This document shows, one piece after another, positions 36,283-46,907 of a stretch of DNA of 64,000 bases. Within the stretch, counting starts at the first letter, position 1. The number at the start of each line of letters is the position of its first letter. The translations under genes were made by a program, and so were the position numbers. The DNA is taken from positions 96,001 through 160,000 of the forward strand of contig CAWDVR010000004.1 of assembly GCA_963805975.1 (NCBI GenBank). Reading direction: 5' to 3'. Under the pieces are notes generated by a model. That model was not told the origin of the DNA and did no database searches. It was given only the letters and a program-made list of their open reading frames with translations. This DNA is from an uncultured Acidobacteriota bacterium. GTDB taxonomy: Bacteria > Acidobacteriota > Thermoanaerobaculia > Multivoradales > SZUA-115.

Positions 36283-38733
36283 ATGATCCCTTCGCACCCG
36301 GCCCCAATCTCCCTGGCCCCCGTCTCCCAGGCTACGGCCCGTGCGCTCGAGCTGCCGAGCCTGCTCGCCGTGCTGGGCGAGCTCGCCTCGACCGACGTTG
36401 GGCGGGAGCGCCTGCTGTCGCTGGCGCCGATCGCCGACGCCGATGCTCTCGAGCGCGCCCGCCGGCGCTACGAGGAGGCCGTCGAGCTGGTCGCCGAGCG
36501 CCGCCTGGTGGGCGGCTTCGAGCACCCGGTGGGCGAGCTCCTGGCGCAGCTCGCGAGCGGCCGGCCGGCCGCCGTCGGGCTCGCCCTCGTGCGCCTGCTC
36601 GACCTGCTGCGGAGCACCTCGGAAGCGCGCGAGCGGCTGCTCCCGAGCGCCGGCGGGGAAAGCTCCGGCGCGCCTTTTCCCGAGCTCGCCGGCCTGGCTC
36701 GGGAGCTGCCGGACCTTTCCTCCCTGACGCGCTCGATCGGCAAGACGCTCGATCGCCGCGGCGAGGTGCGCGAGGACGCGAGCCCCAAGCTCTCCGGCCT
36801 GCGCGACCGCATCCGCAAGGTGAGGGACAGCCTCTACGGCGAGCTCCGGCAGCACCTGGAGAACGAGCGCGAGCACCTGTCGGAGGAGACCATCCCCTTG
36901 CGCGGCGGCCGGCTGGTGCTGGTGCTGGCCTCCGGCGCCCGCGGCAAGGTCCCGGGGCTGGTGCACGGTCGCTCGGCCACCGGCAAGAGCTTCTACTTCG
37001 AGCCGCTGGCGGTCGTCGAGTCCAACAACAATCTGCAGCAGGCGGTGGAGGACGAGGAGGCCGAGCGCGCCCGCATCCTCGCGGCGCTGCTCTCCGAGGC
37101 GCGGCGGGCACTGCCCGGGATCGAGGCGCACGCGGACTTTCTGGCCGAGCTCGACGCCCTGCAGGCGGCGGTGCGCTTCGCGGCGCTCGCCGGCGGCGGG
37201 CTGGCCGAGATCTCGCCGCGCCACGAGCTGCGGCTGGTGGCCGCCCGCCACCCGCTGCTCGACGCCGCCTACAGTGAGCTGCGCGAGCGTGCCCTGGGGG
37301 CCGCCGGCCACCAGGGGGCCGTGGTGCCGCTCTCGGTCGAGCTCTCGCCCGAGCGCCGGGCGCTGGTGGTGACGGGCCCCAACGCCGGCGGCAAGACGGT
37401 GGTGCTCAAGACCCTGGGGCTCCTCGCTCTCGCCACCCAGTGCGGCCTGCCGGTGCCCGCCGGCGCCGGCACCCGCATCCCGCTCCTCGCCCGCATCGTG
37501 GCCACGGTCGGCGACGATCAGGATCTGCTCGCCGATCGCTCGACCTTCAGCGGCCGGCTGCTGCGTCTCAAGGAAGCCTGGGAAGGCGCCGGCGAGGACA
37601 GCCTGATCCTGCTCGACGAGCTGGGCTCGGGCACCGACCCGGAAGAAGGCGCGGCGCTCTCGATCGCGCTCCTCGAGAGCCTGGTCGAGAGGCGCGCCCT
37701 GACCCTCATCACCACCCATCTGACCCCGCTCGCCGCCGCCGCCCTCGAGATGCCGGGGGCCTCCTGCGCCGCCATGGAGTTCGAGCCCTCGACCGGCGCG
37801 CCCACCTTTCACCTTCTGCCCGGCCCGCCGGGTGGCAGCGAGGCCCTCGCCCTGGCGCGGCGGCTCGGCCTGCCCGCCGCCTGGCTCGAGCGCGCCGAGG
37901 CTCGGCTCGGCTCCGGCCACCGCGACCTCCGGCGCCTGCTCGCCGAGCTCGACCGGGTGCGCAGCGAGCTCTCGGCCGAGCGCGAGACCCTGGCCGCGGA
38001 GCGGGCGGCCTCCGAGCTCGCCCGAGCCCGGCTCGAGCGCGAGCACCAGGAGCTCCAGACGGAGCGCAAGACCGTGGGCAAGCGGCTCAAGGCCGAGCTC
38101 GACGCGTTCCGCGGCGAGACCCGCCGGCGGCTGCGCGAGGAGGTGGAGCGCCTCAAGGCCGAGATGGCGGCCGGCCACAAGCGCGGGCTCGAGGCGCAAG
38201 CCGAGGAGCGCCTGTTCGCCGGGGCGCCGGCGCTCGAGGTGGTGGAAGCGGAGGGTGCCGACCGGCCGCCCGTGCTCGGGGGCGCGGTGCGGCACAAGGC
38301 GCTGGGCTGGGAGGGAACGCTAGAGAAGGTGGCCGCCGGCAAGGCCGAGGTGCTGGTGCGCGGCAAACGGGTGCGCGTGCGCCTGGACGAGCTCGCCGGC
38401 CTCTCACCCCGGACCACGGGCCAAGCCGGGCGCGAGCCCGCCTCCCTGCGCCGGTCCGCGGCCAGCGACGCCGAAGTCGAGCCCTCGCCGGAGCTGCACC
38501 TGATCGGGCAGCGCGTGGAACCGGCGCTCGACGAGCTGGAAGCCTTCCTCGACCAGGCGCTCCTCGGCGAGCGGCGCGAGGTGCGCGTCGTCCACGGCCA
38601 CGGCTCGGGCCGGCTGCGCGAGGCCGTCCGCCAGCACCTGCGCTCCCACCCCGCCGTGGCCTCGCAGCGGCCCGGGGCGGCCAACGAGGGCGGCAACGGC
38701 GCCACCGTGGTGACGCTCCGGGGAGCCGGGTAG
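36283..38733 (+). CDS. mutS2: MutS2 family protein with Smr domain (start 36208 or 36283)
   Basis: TGPNAGGKT, STFSG, LDELGSGTDP, TTH, C-terminal VVHGHGSGRLR..EGGNGAT. Confidence 0.93.
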   Translation: MIPSHPAPISLAPVSQATARALELPSLLAVLGELASTDVGRERLLSLAPIADADALERARRRYEEAVELVAERRLVGGFEHPVGELLAQLASGRPAAVGLALVRLLDLLRSTSEARERLLPSAGGESSGAPFPELAGLARELPDLSSLTRSIGKTLDRRGEVREDASPKLSGLRDRIRKVRDSLYGELRQHLENEREHLSEETIPLRGGRLVLVLASGARGKVPGLVHGRSATGKSFYFEPLAVVESNNNLQQAVEDEEAERARILAALLSEARRALPGIEAHADFLAELDALQAAVRFAALAGGGLAEISPRHELRLVAARHPLLDAAYSELRERALGAAGHQGAVVPLSVELSPERRALVVTGPNAGGKTVVLKTLGLLALATQCGLPVPAGAGTRIPLLARIVATVGDDQDLLADRSTFSGRLLRLKEAWEGAGEDSLILLDELGSGTDPEEGAALSIALLESLVERRALTLITTHLTPLAAAALEMPGASCAAMEFEPSTGAPTFHLLPGPPGGSEALALARRLGLPAAWLERAEARLGSGHRDLRRLLAELDRVRSELSAERETLAAERAASELARARLEREHQELQTERKTVGKRLKAELDAFRGETRRRLREEVERLKAEMAAGHKRGLEAQAEERLFAGAPALEVVEAEGADRPPVLGGAVRHKALGWEGTLEKVAAGKAEVLVRGKRVRVRLDELAGLSPRTTGQAGREPASLRRSAASDAEVEPSPELHLIGQRVEPALDELEAFLDQALLGERREVRVVHGHGSGRLREAVRQHLRSHPAVASQRPGAANEGGNGATVVTLRGAG

Positions 38734-38738
38734 ACGCG

Positions 38739-40514
38739 ATGCGCAACATCCACCTCACCCCCCAGCTCGTGCGTGCCGTGCGCGACGCGGTGGACGTCGT
38801 CGCCATCGCCTCCGACCACACCCGCCTGACCAAGCGCGGGCGCCGCCACCACGGCCTCTGCCCGCTGCACAAGGAAAAGACCCCCTCGTTCAGCGTCGAT
38901 CCCGAGCAGGGGCTCTTCTACTGCTTCGGCTGTGGCGCCGGGGGCGACGCCATCAAGCTGCACATGCTCGCCACCGGCGACGACTTCCCGGCCGCCATCG
39001 AGGCCCTGGCCCTGCGCTACGGCATCCCCCTGCCGGTGTCGCCGGGCCCGCGGGGCGGCAAGGAAGAGCGGGGGCTACAAACCGCGCTCGAGGCGGCCTT
39101 CGAGTTCTTCCGTCACTCGCTGGCGAGGTCCGCCATGCCCCGCGCCTACCTCGAGAAGCGCCGCATCCCCGAGACCTTGAGCGAGCGCTTCGGCGTGGGC
39201 TATGCGCCGGACGACTGGCGAGGGCTGCTCCAGGCGCTCGATCGCAAGGTGCCGGCGGTGGACCTCGAGGCGGCGGGCCTCCTGGCGCGCCCGGAGCACG
39301 GTGGCCAGCCCTACGACCGCTTCCGCAACCGCCTGATGTTCCCCATCCACAGCCCGTCGGGCCGGCTGGTGGGCTTCGGTGGCCGCACCCTGGGCGACGA
39401 CCGCGCCAAGTACGTCAACACCTCCGAGACCGAGGAGTTCCACAAGGGCCGGCTGCTCTACGGCCTCCACCTCGCCAAGCAGGCCGTGCGCGAGCAGGGC
39501 CGGGCGGTGCTCGTCGAGGGCTACTTCGACGTGTTGGGAGCGGTGGCGAGCGGGCTTGCCGGTACGGTGGCGAGCATGGGCACGGCGCTCACTCCCGAGC
39601 AGGCGCGGCTCCTCTCCCGTTACGCGGACGAGGCGGTGGTGGCCTACGACGGCGACAACGCCGGCGAGACCGCCTTCCGCCGGGCCCTGCCCATCCTCCT
39701 CACCGAGGGCCTCGCCGTGCGCCGCGCCGCCTTCGGCGCCGGCCACGACCCGGACTCGCTGCGCCTGGCCGAGGGCGAGGCTGCCGTGGTGCGGGCCGTC
39801 GAAGAGGCCGAGGACGGGGTGCTGCTGGAGGTCGGCCGCCTGGCCCCGCCGGTCGGCGAGCGTCGCCCCCACGGCCAGGCCAAGGCGGCCGACGAGGTCG
39901 CGGCCCTGCTCAAGGGGATCAAGGACCCCATCGTGCGCCTGGGCTACGGCCGCCTCGCGGCGGACAAGCTGGGCATCCCCGTGGACCTGCTCTGGCGGCG
40001 AGGCAAGGCAGAGGCGGCCGATCCCACCGTTCCGGCCCTGGTGAGCCGGGCCCCGGCACGGCAGCGTGGCGCGGTCCGCAGCCAGGAGGAGCAGGTGCTG
40101 GCCCTGCTGCTCTCGGGCGAGCCGATCCCGCCCGCGACGGAGCTCCCCGAGGCCGAGGTCTTCTTCGATCCGTCCTGCAGGAATATTTTCCAGAGCTTTC
40201 GCGCTCTATATCCCGAGGGCGGCGCCGACATACCGACGGCGAAAGAGCTGATCGCCTCCCTCGCGGCCGATGGCGGCGCGGTTGACCGGCTGGCCCAGAT
40301 TCTGCTAGAAAGCTCCGTTCCCCTAGAGAAGGCGGCCCTGCCCGTGCTTCTCGACAGTCTCGTCAGGCGCTGGCGCAAGCAGCGCCTCGAGCTGTTGGCG
40401 AGGGAGCTGAGCGAAGCGGAGCGGCGGGGAGACAGCGCACGTTTCCAAAGCCTGTTACAGGAACGAACAGAGCTGAGCCAGAAGCACTATCGGACCCCTC
40501 CGCGCCATCCCTGA
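38739..40514 (+). CDS. dnaG: DNA primase
   Basis: CPLHKEKTPSF..CFGC zinc finger, DRFRNRLMFPI, GFGGR, KYVN, VEGYFD, YDGDNAG. Confidence 0.97.
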   Translation: MRNIHLTPQLVRAVRDAVDVVAIASDHTRLTKRGRRHHGLCPLHKEKTPSFSVDPEQGLFYCFGCGAGGDAIKLHMLATGDDFPAAIEALALRYGIPLPVSPGPRGGKEERGLQTALEAAFEFFRHSLARSAMPRAYLEKRRIPETLSERFGVGYAPDDWRGLLQALDRKVPAVDLEAAGLLARPEHGGQPYDRFRNRLMFPIHSPSGRLVGFGGRTLGDDRAKYVNTSETEEFHKGRLLYGLHLAKQAVREQGRAVLVEGYFDVLGAVASGLAGTVASMGTALTPEQARLLSRYADEAVVAYDGDNAGETAFRRALPILLTEGLAVRRAAFGAGHDPDSLRLAEGEAAVVRAVEEAEDGVLLEVGRLAPPVGERRPHGQAKAADEVAALLKGIKDPIVRLGYGRLAADKLGIPVDLLWRRGKAEAADPTVPALVSRAPARQRGAVRSQEEQVLALLLSGEPIPPATELPEAEVFFDPSCRNIFQSFRALYPEGGADIPTAKELIASLAADGGAVDRLAQILLESSVPLEKAALPVLLDSLVRRWRKQRLELLARELSEAERRGDSARFQSLLQERTELSQKHYRTPPRHP

Positions 40515-40593
40515 GCATCGGGGTAGGCGCGGAAGGCCGATCTGTCTTTCGCTCGGCCGTCACGATCTCTTTCGAGCGAGCTAGGAGAGGACA

Positions 40594-42306
<1,713 letters not shown>

Positions 42307-42316
42307 CGAGCGGCGT

Positions 42317-42345
42317 TTGACAGGCCCTGGCCGTCTGCCTAGAAT
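42317..42345 (+). promoter_or_regulatory. Sigma70 promoter for tRNA-Asn
   Basis: TTGACA-17 nt-TAGAAT. Confidence 0.8.
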
Positions 42346-42350
42346 TCTCC

Positions 42351-42380
42351 GCCCGGAGCCGCGAGGCTCCGGGCTTTGTT
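42351..42380 (+). terminator. Hairpin with short U tract (rpoD terminator and/or tRNA leader)
   Basis: GCCCGGAGCC-GCGA-GGCTCCGGGC-TTTGTT. Confidence 0.6.
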
Positions 42381-42394
42381 CTAGGCCCACCTGT

Positions 42395-42469
42395 TCCTGG
42401 GTAGCTCAGTGGTAGAGCGATCGGCTGTTAACCGATTGGTCGGGGGTTCAAATCCCTCCCCAGGAGCCA
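42395..42469 (+). tRNA. tRNA-Asn(GTT)
   Basis: TCCTGGGTAGCTCAG..GGCTGTTAACCG..GGTTCAAATCC..CCAGGAGCCA cloverleaf with CCA. Confidence 0.97.
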
Positions 42470-42497
42470 TTCCTTCTTCCTCCACCGCTTTACTTCC

Positions 42498-43979
42498 TTG
42501 ACCACGCTGGCGTCCCGCGCGCGGGTGCTCTGCCGGGCAGGTTTCTGCCTGGGCCTGAGCTTCGCTTCGGCTGCCGCCGGGAGCGAGGACTGGTACACGA
42601 TCGAGATCGCCGGCCAGCCGGCCGGCTTCCTGGTCGAGCGCCACGAGGAGCAGAACGGCCCCGGCGAGGAGCGCCGGCTCGTGTCGCTGAGCGAGATGGA
42701 GCTCTCGCTCAGCCGGGGCACGACGGTCCTCGACCTGGCGCTCGGGAGCCGCTTCGTCGAGACCGGCGACGGCCGGCCGCTCGAGATGGGGTCGCGCCAG
42801 GTGCTGGGCCAGACGCCGCTCGAGACCACGGCCCGCTTCGAGGGCGGCCAGGTCGAGCTCACCACCACCCAGGCCGGCAGCCTCACCCGCCAGACGCTCC
42901 CGGCGCCGCTGGGAGACTGGCTGCCGCCGGCCGCCGCGGCGCGCTTCGCCCGCCGGCAGATCGCGGCCGGCGCCGAGCGCTTCTCGTATCGCACCGTCGA
43001 TCCCCTGCTGGGCCCCGCGTCCTTCGTGATCGTCCATCAGCGGGCGGGCGAGGAGACGGAGGTGCAGCTCGCTTCCGGCAAGGCCCTGGCCACGCCGTGG
43101 AAGCAGATCTCCGAGGCCACCGGCGGCGTCGCGACCCTCTCCTACCTGGACCGCCAGGGCCGCATGGTGAAGAGCGTCACGCCGATGATGGGGGTCGAGC
43201 TGGTGCTGACCCTCGCCGACCGTGAGACGGCCCTGGCCCGCCACGGCGCACCCGAGCTCCTGGTGCGGACCTTCGTCAAGCCGCAGCGGCCCATCCCGTC
43301 GCCCCGCAGCTCGGCCTCGGCGCACTACCGGCTGTCGCTCGCCGGTGGCGCGCCGCTCGAGCTTCCAGCGACCGGTGCACAGGCCGTCGAGCACGAGAAC
43401 GGAGCGGCGATCGTACGCATCCGCACCGGCGTGCCCCACCGCGCCGCCGAGCGGGATCTGGCGCCCTTCCTCACCCCGTCCTCCTACCTCGGCTTTCGCG
43501 ACCCCAGGATCACCGAGCTGCGCGAGCGGGCCCTCGCCAGGGCGGGTGCGAGCCCGGCCGAGCGGGCGGAGGCCCTGCGTGCCTTCGTCCACCGTTTTCT
43601 GGTGCGGAAGGACCTGGCGACCGGCTTCGCCACCGCCTCGGAAGTAGCGGCCCGCGCGACCGGCGACTGCACGGAGCACGCGGTGCTGCTGGCAGCCCTG
43701 CTGCGCTCGGCCGGTATTCCGTCGCGCGTGGTGGCGGGCCTGCTCTACGTCGAAGAGTTCGCCGGCGAGAGGGAGGTCTTCGGGTATCACATGTGGACCG
43801 AGGCCCTGGTCGACGGCGCCTGGATCGACCTCGACGCCATGGGCGAGGCGCCCTTCGACGCCACCCACATCGCGCTCGCCGTCTCGGCGCTCAACGACGG
43901 CGGCGACTTCCCGGCGATGAGCGCACGGCTCGCCCAGAGCATCGGGGCGCTCCGGATCGAGGTTCTGGCAGTACCATAG
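42498..43979 (+). CDS. Exported transglutaminase-like (Cys-His-Asp) protein
   Basis: GDCTEHAVLLAALLRSAGIPSRVV, YHMW, WIDLD. Confidence 0.85.
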   Translation: MTTLASRARVLCRAGFCLGLSFASAAAGSEDWYTIEIAGQPAGFLVERHEEQNGPGEERRLVSLSEMELSLSRGTTVLDLALGSRFVETGDGRPLEMGSRQVLGQTPLETTARFEGGQVELTTTQAGSLTRQTLPAPLGDWLPPAAAARFARRQIAAGAERFSYRTVDPLLGPASFVIVHQRAGEETEVQLASGKALATPWKQISEATGGVATLSYLDRQGRMVKSVTPMMGVELVLTLADRETALARHGAPELLVRTFVKPQRPIPSPRSSASAHYRLSLAGGAPLELPATGAQAVEHENGAAIVRIRTGVPHRAAERDLAPFLTPSSYLGFRDPRITELRERALARAGASPAERAEALRAFVHRFLVRKDLATGFATASEVAARATGDCTEHAVLLAALLRSAGIPSRVVAGLLYVEEFAGEREVFGYHMWTEALVDGAWIDLDAMGEAPFDATHIALAVSALNDGGDFPAMSARLAQSIGALRIEVLAVP

Positions 43980-44032
43980 GTTCGTTGACGCCGCCTCGAG
44001 GCCAGCAGACTGCGGCGGCGGGGGAGGAAAAC

Positions 44033-44362
44033 ATGGGCAGCCAGTTGGCAGAGAAGAAATGCGTGCCCTGCAAGGGCGGCGTGCCGCCTTTGAAGGGCGA
44101 AGAGCTGAAGCGCCTGCACGAGGAGCTGGGTGGCGGCTGGCAGGTGATCGAAGAGCACCACCTGGAGAAGGAGTTCCGGTTCAAGGACTTCCGCCAGGCC
44201 CTCGACTTCACCAACCGGGTCGGCGAGCTGGCCGAGGCGGAGCAGCACCATCCGGACATCCACCTCGCCTGGGGCAAGGTCAAGGTCACGATCTGGACGC
44301 ACAAGATCGACGGCCTGACCGAGAGCGACTTCGTGTTCGCGGCCAAGGTGGACGAGCTTTGA
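44033..44362 (+). CDS. phhB: Pterin-4-alpha-carbinolamine dehydratase
   Basis: CVPCKGG, AEAEQHHPDI, IWTHKIDGLTESDF; GGAGG SD. Confidence 0.93.
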   Translation: MGSQLAEKKCVPCKGGVPPLKGEELKRLHEELGGGWQVIEEHHLEKEFRFKDFRQALDFTNRVGELAEAEQHHPDIHLAWGKVKVTIWTHKIDGLTESDFVFAAKVDEL

Positions 44363-44367
44363 GGTGG

Positions 44368-46171
44368 ATGCGGGCCGCAGCCGTGCTGGCTGCGCTCGCC
44401 AGTTCGGCTCTCGCGTCTGAGCCCTATCCGGGAGCCGCCGCCGAGGCCGAGGCGGCGAAGGCGGTGTTCCAGGCCAATCTCGACGCCATCCGGAACCGCG
44501 ACCGCGACGCCTACCTCGCCTGCTATCTCGAATCCGAGAGCCTGGCGCGCGCGGGCTCGGCCGGTGTCGCACTGGGCTACTCGGGCCTCGCGGCCTCGGC
44601 CGGCGAGGCCTGGCCGGACTTCTTCGAGGGCCTGGACCTCTCGCTGGTCCCCATCCGGCCGGGCGTGGTCTACGGCACGTATCGCTACCGCGTGAGGTAC
44701 GGCGCCGACGAGCAATCGGGCCTGTCGGAACGCCTGTTCGTCGAGACCGAGAAGGGTTGGAAGATCGCGGTGACCACCGCTTTCCAGAACCTCGCCGGCG
44801 TGCCGCCGCCTCCCCGCGCCCTGGTCGGTGCCACGCTGATCGACGGCACGGGCACCGCACCGATCCTCGATTCCGTGGTGCTGCTGCGCGAGGGCAAGGT
44901 CGAGTGCGCGGGCAGCCGCGCCGCCTGCCCGGTGCCGGCCGGTGTCGAGGTGGTCGACGTCTCCGGCCGCTTCCTGACGCCGGGACTCGTCGATGCCCAC
45001 GTCCACTTCTCGCAAACCGGCTGGGTGGACGGCCGGCCGGACGCCAACGACGTGCGCGCCCGGCATCCGTACGAGGCGGTCGCCGCCGGCCTCGCCGCCC
45101 ACCCCGAGCGCTTTCTGCGCTCCCACCTCTGCTCGGGCGTCACCGCGGTGTTCGACGTCGGCGGCTATGCCTGGACCCTCGGCCTGCCCGCGCGGTTCGA
45201 GACCGACACCCTGGCGCCCCACGTGGCCGCGGCCGGGCCGCTCCTCTCGACCATCGACTTCTGGCTCAACTTGCCCGCCGAGCGCCAGTTCGTCCACCTC
45301 GCCGATCCGGAGGCCGGCCGCGCCGGCGTGCGCTACCTCGCGGCGCGGGGTGCCTCCGCGGTCAAGGTATGGTTCATCGTGCCGCGAGGGAGCGATCTCG
45401 CCGCGATGTCGGCCGCTGTCGAGGCCGCGGGCGACGAGGCCCGGAAACTGGGCCTGCCGCTGATCGTCCACGCCACCGGCCTTGCCGAGGCCAAGGCCGC
45501 GGTCAAGGCGGGAGCGCAATCTGCTGGTCCATAGCGTATGGGACCAGGCGGTCGATCAGGAATTCCTGGATCTGCTGCGCGAGAAGGGCACCCTGTACTC
45601 CCCCACGCTCTCCGTGCCGCGCGGCTATCTCGAGGTGCGGAAGGCCGCTTTCGGGAAGCGCGCGCCCGTGCTCGACGATCCCAACGGCTGCGTGGACGCG
45701 GCGACCCTGGCCAGGGTCGCGGAGACGGCGGGGCTCGAGATGCCGAGCGAGACGGCCGAGTCCCTCGCCGGCCGCGAGAAGCAGATGGTGGAACGCGAGG
45801 CGATCGGCGCCGCCAACCTCAAGCGGGTCGCGGCGGCCGGCGTGCCGATCGCCCTGGGCACCGATGCCGGCAACCCCCTGACCCTCCACGGGCCGGCGGT
45901 GTACGCCGAGCTGGAAGCCATGCAGGCCGCGGGGATGGCGCCGATGGAGGTGCTGGTCGCCGCCACCCGCGGCGGTGCGAAGGCCATGGGCCGCGAGAAG
46001 GACCTGGGTACGGTCGAGGCCGGCAAGCAGGCGGACCTCCTGGTGCTCGACTCCGACCCCACGGCAGACGTGAGCGCCTTCCGCCGGCTGACTCACGTGG
46101 TGCGCGGGGGAGTGGTGAGGCCGATCGCGGAGCTCAAGGCGGGCCCCTCACCCCAGCCCTCTCCCCGCTGA
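44368..46171 (+). CDS. Secreted amidohydrolase with N-terminal NTF2/SnoaL-like domain; frameshift near 45515
   Basis: PGLVDAHVH, VKVW, IVHAT; shifted frame LVHS, GTDAGN, GTVEAGKQADLLVL; 1804 nt = 3n+1. Confidence 0.82.
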
Positions 46172-46185
46172 CGTGGGGCGAGGGG
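46143..46185. repeat. REP-like palindrome of the CCCTCACCCCAGCCCTCTCCC...GGGxGAGGG type overlapping the amidohydrolase 3' end
   Basis: Imperfect inverted repeat; a single copy in the window, family recognised from memory. Confidence 0.5.
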
Positions 46186-46244
46186 GCCGGACCGAGCGGC
46201 CTTTCCGGGGACAGCGAGGGCGCCGGCCCTTCCGGGGTCAGGGA

Positions 46245-46907
46245 TCAGGGCGCCAGCAGCTCCGCCAGCTCCGCGTGCCCGCGCTCGCGGGCGAGGTCGG
46301 CGGCGGTGCGGCCGTCGTCGCTCTTCGCGCAGCGGTCGGCACCGCGGGCGAGCACCATCTCCACCATCTCCCGCTTGCCGCCCGCGGCGGCGCCCATGAG
46401 CGGCGTGAAGCCTCCGGCCTGGCGGCTCTCGACGTCGGCGCCGGCCTCGAGCAGCAGCCGCACCACCTCCACGTTGCCGCCGGCGGCAGCGCTCGAGAGC
46501 GGCAGTACCTTCATCGGGTTGCGGGCCTCGATCGCGACCCCGGCGCCGCGCTCGAGGAGCAGCGCCGTGCTCTGCTCGTTGCCGAAAAAGCAGGCCAGGT
46601 GGAGGGCGGTGAAGCCGTCCGGCGAGAAGGCGGTGGTGGCGCCGCCGTCCTCGTCGAGGCGCTCTCTCAGGGCCTCGACGTGCCCGAGCGCCGCGGCCTC
46701 GAAGAGGTCCAGCTCGCCGCGGCGGGCGAGGATCGCCTCGACCATCTCCGGCTGGCGGTGGTAGAGCGCCGTCAGGAGCAGCGACACGCCCTGCTCGTCG
46801 CGCGCCGAGGCCACGGCGGGATCGGCGTCGAGCGCCTTCCTCAGGCGCCCGAGGTCGCCCTTGCGGATCGCGTCCAGAACCTCGAAGGCCCCGCTCGCCG
46901 CCGTCAA
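46245..46907 (-). CDS. Ankyrin repeat protein
   Basis: DGFTALHLACFFG, PLSSAAAGG, GFTPLMGAAAGG, GRTAADLA; TTG 46907 coupled to the upstream stop. Confidence 0.88.
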   Translation of the reverse strand: MTAASGAFEVLDAIRKGDLGRLRKALDADPAVASARDEQGVSLLLTALYHRQPEMVEAILARRGELDLFEAAALGHVEALRERLDEDGGATTAFSPDGFTALHLACFFGNEQSTALLLERGAGVAIEARNPMKVLPLSSAAAGGNVEVVRLLLEAGADVESRQAGGFTPLMGAAAGGKREMVEMVLARGADRCAKSDDGRTAADLARERGHAELAELLAP

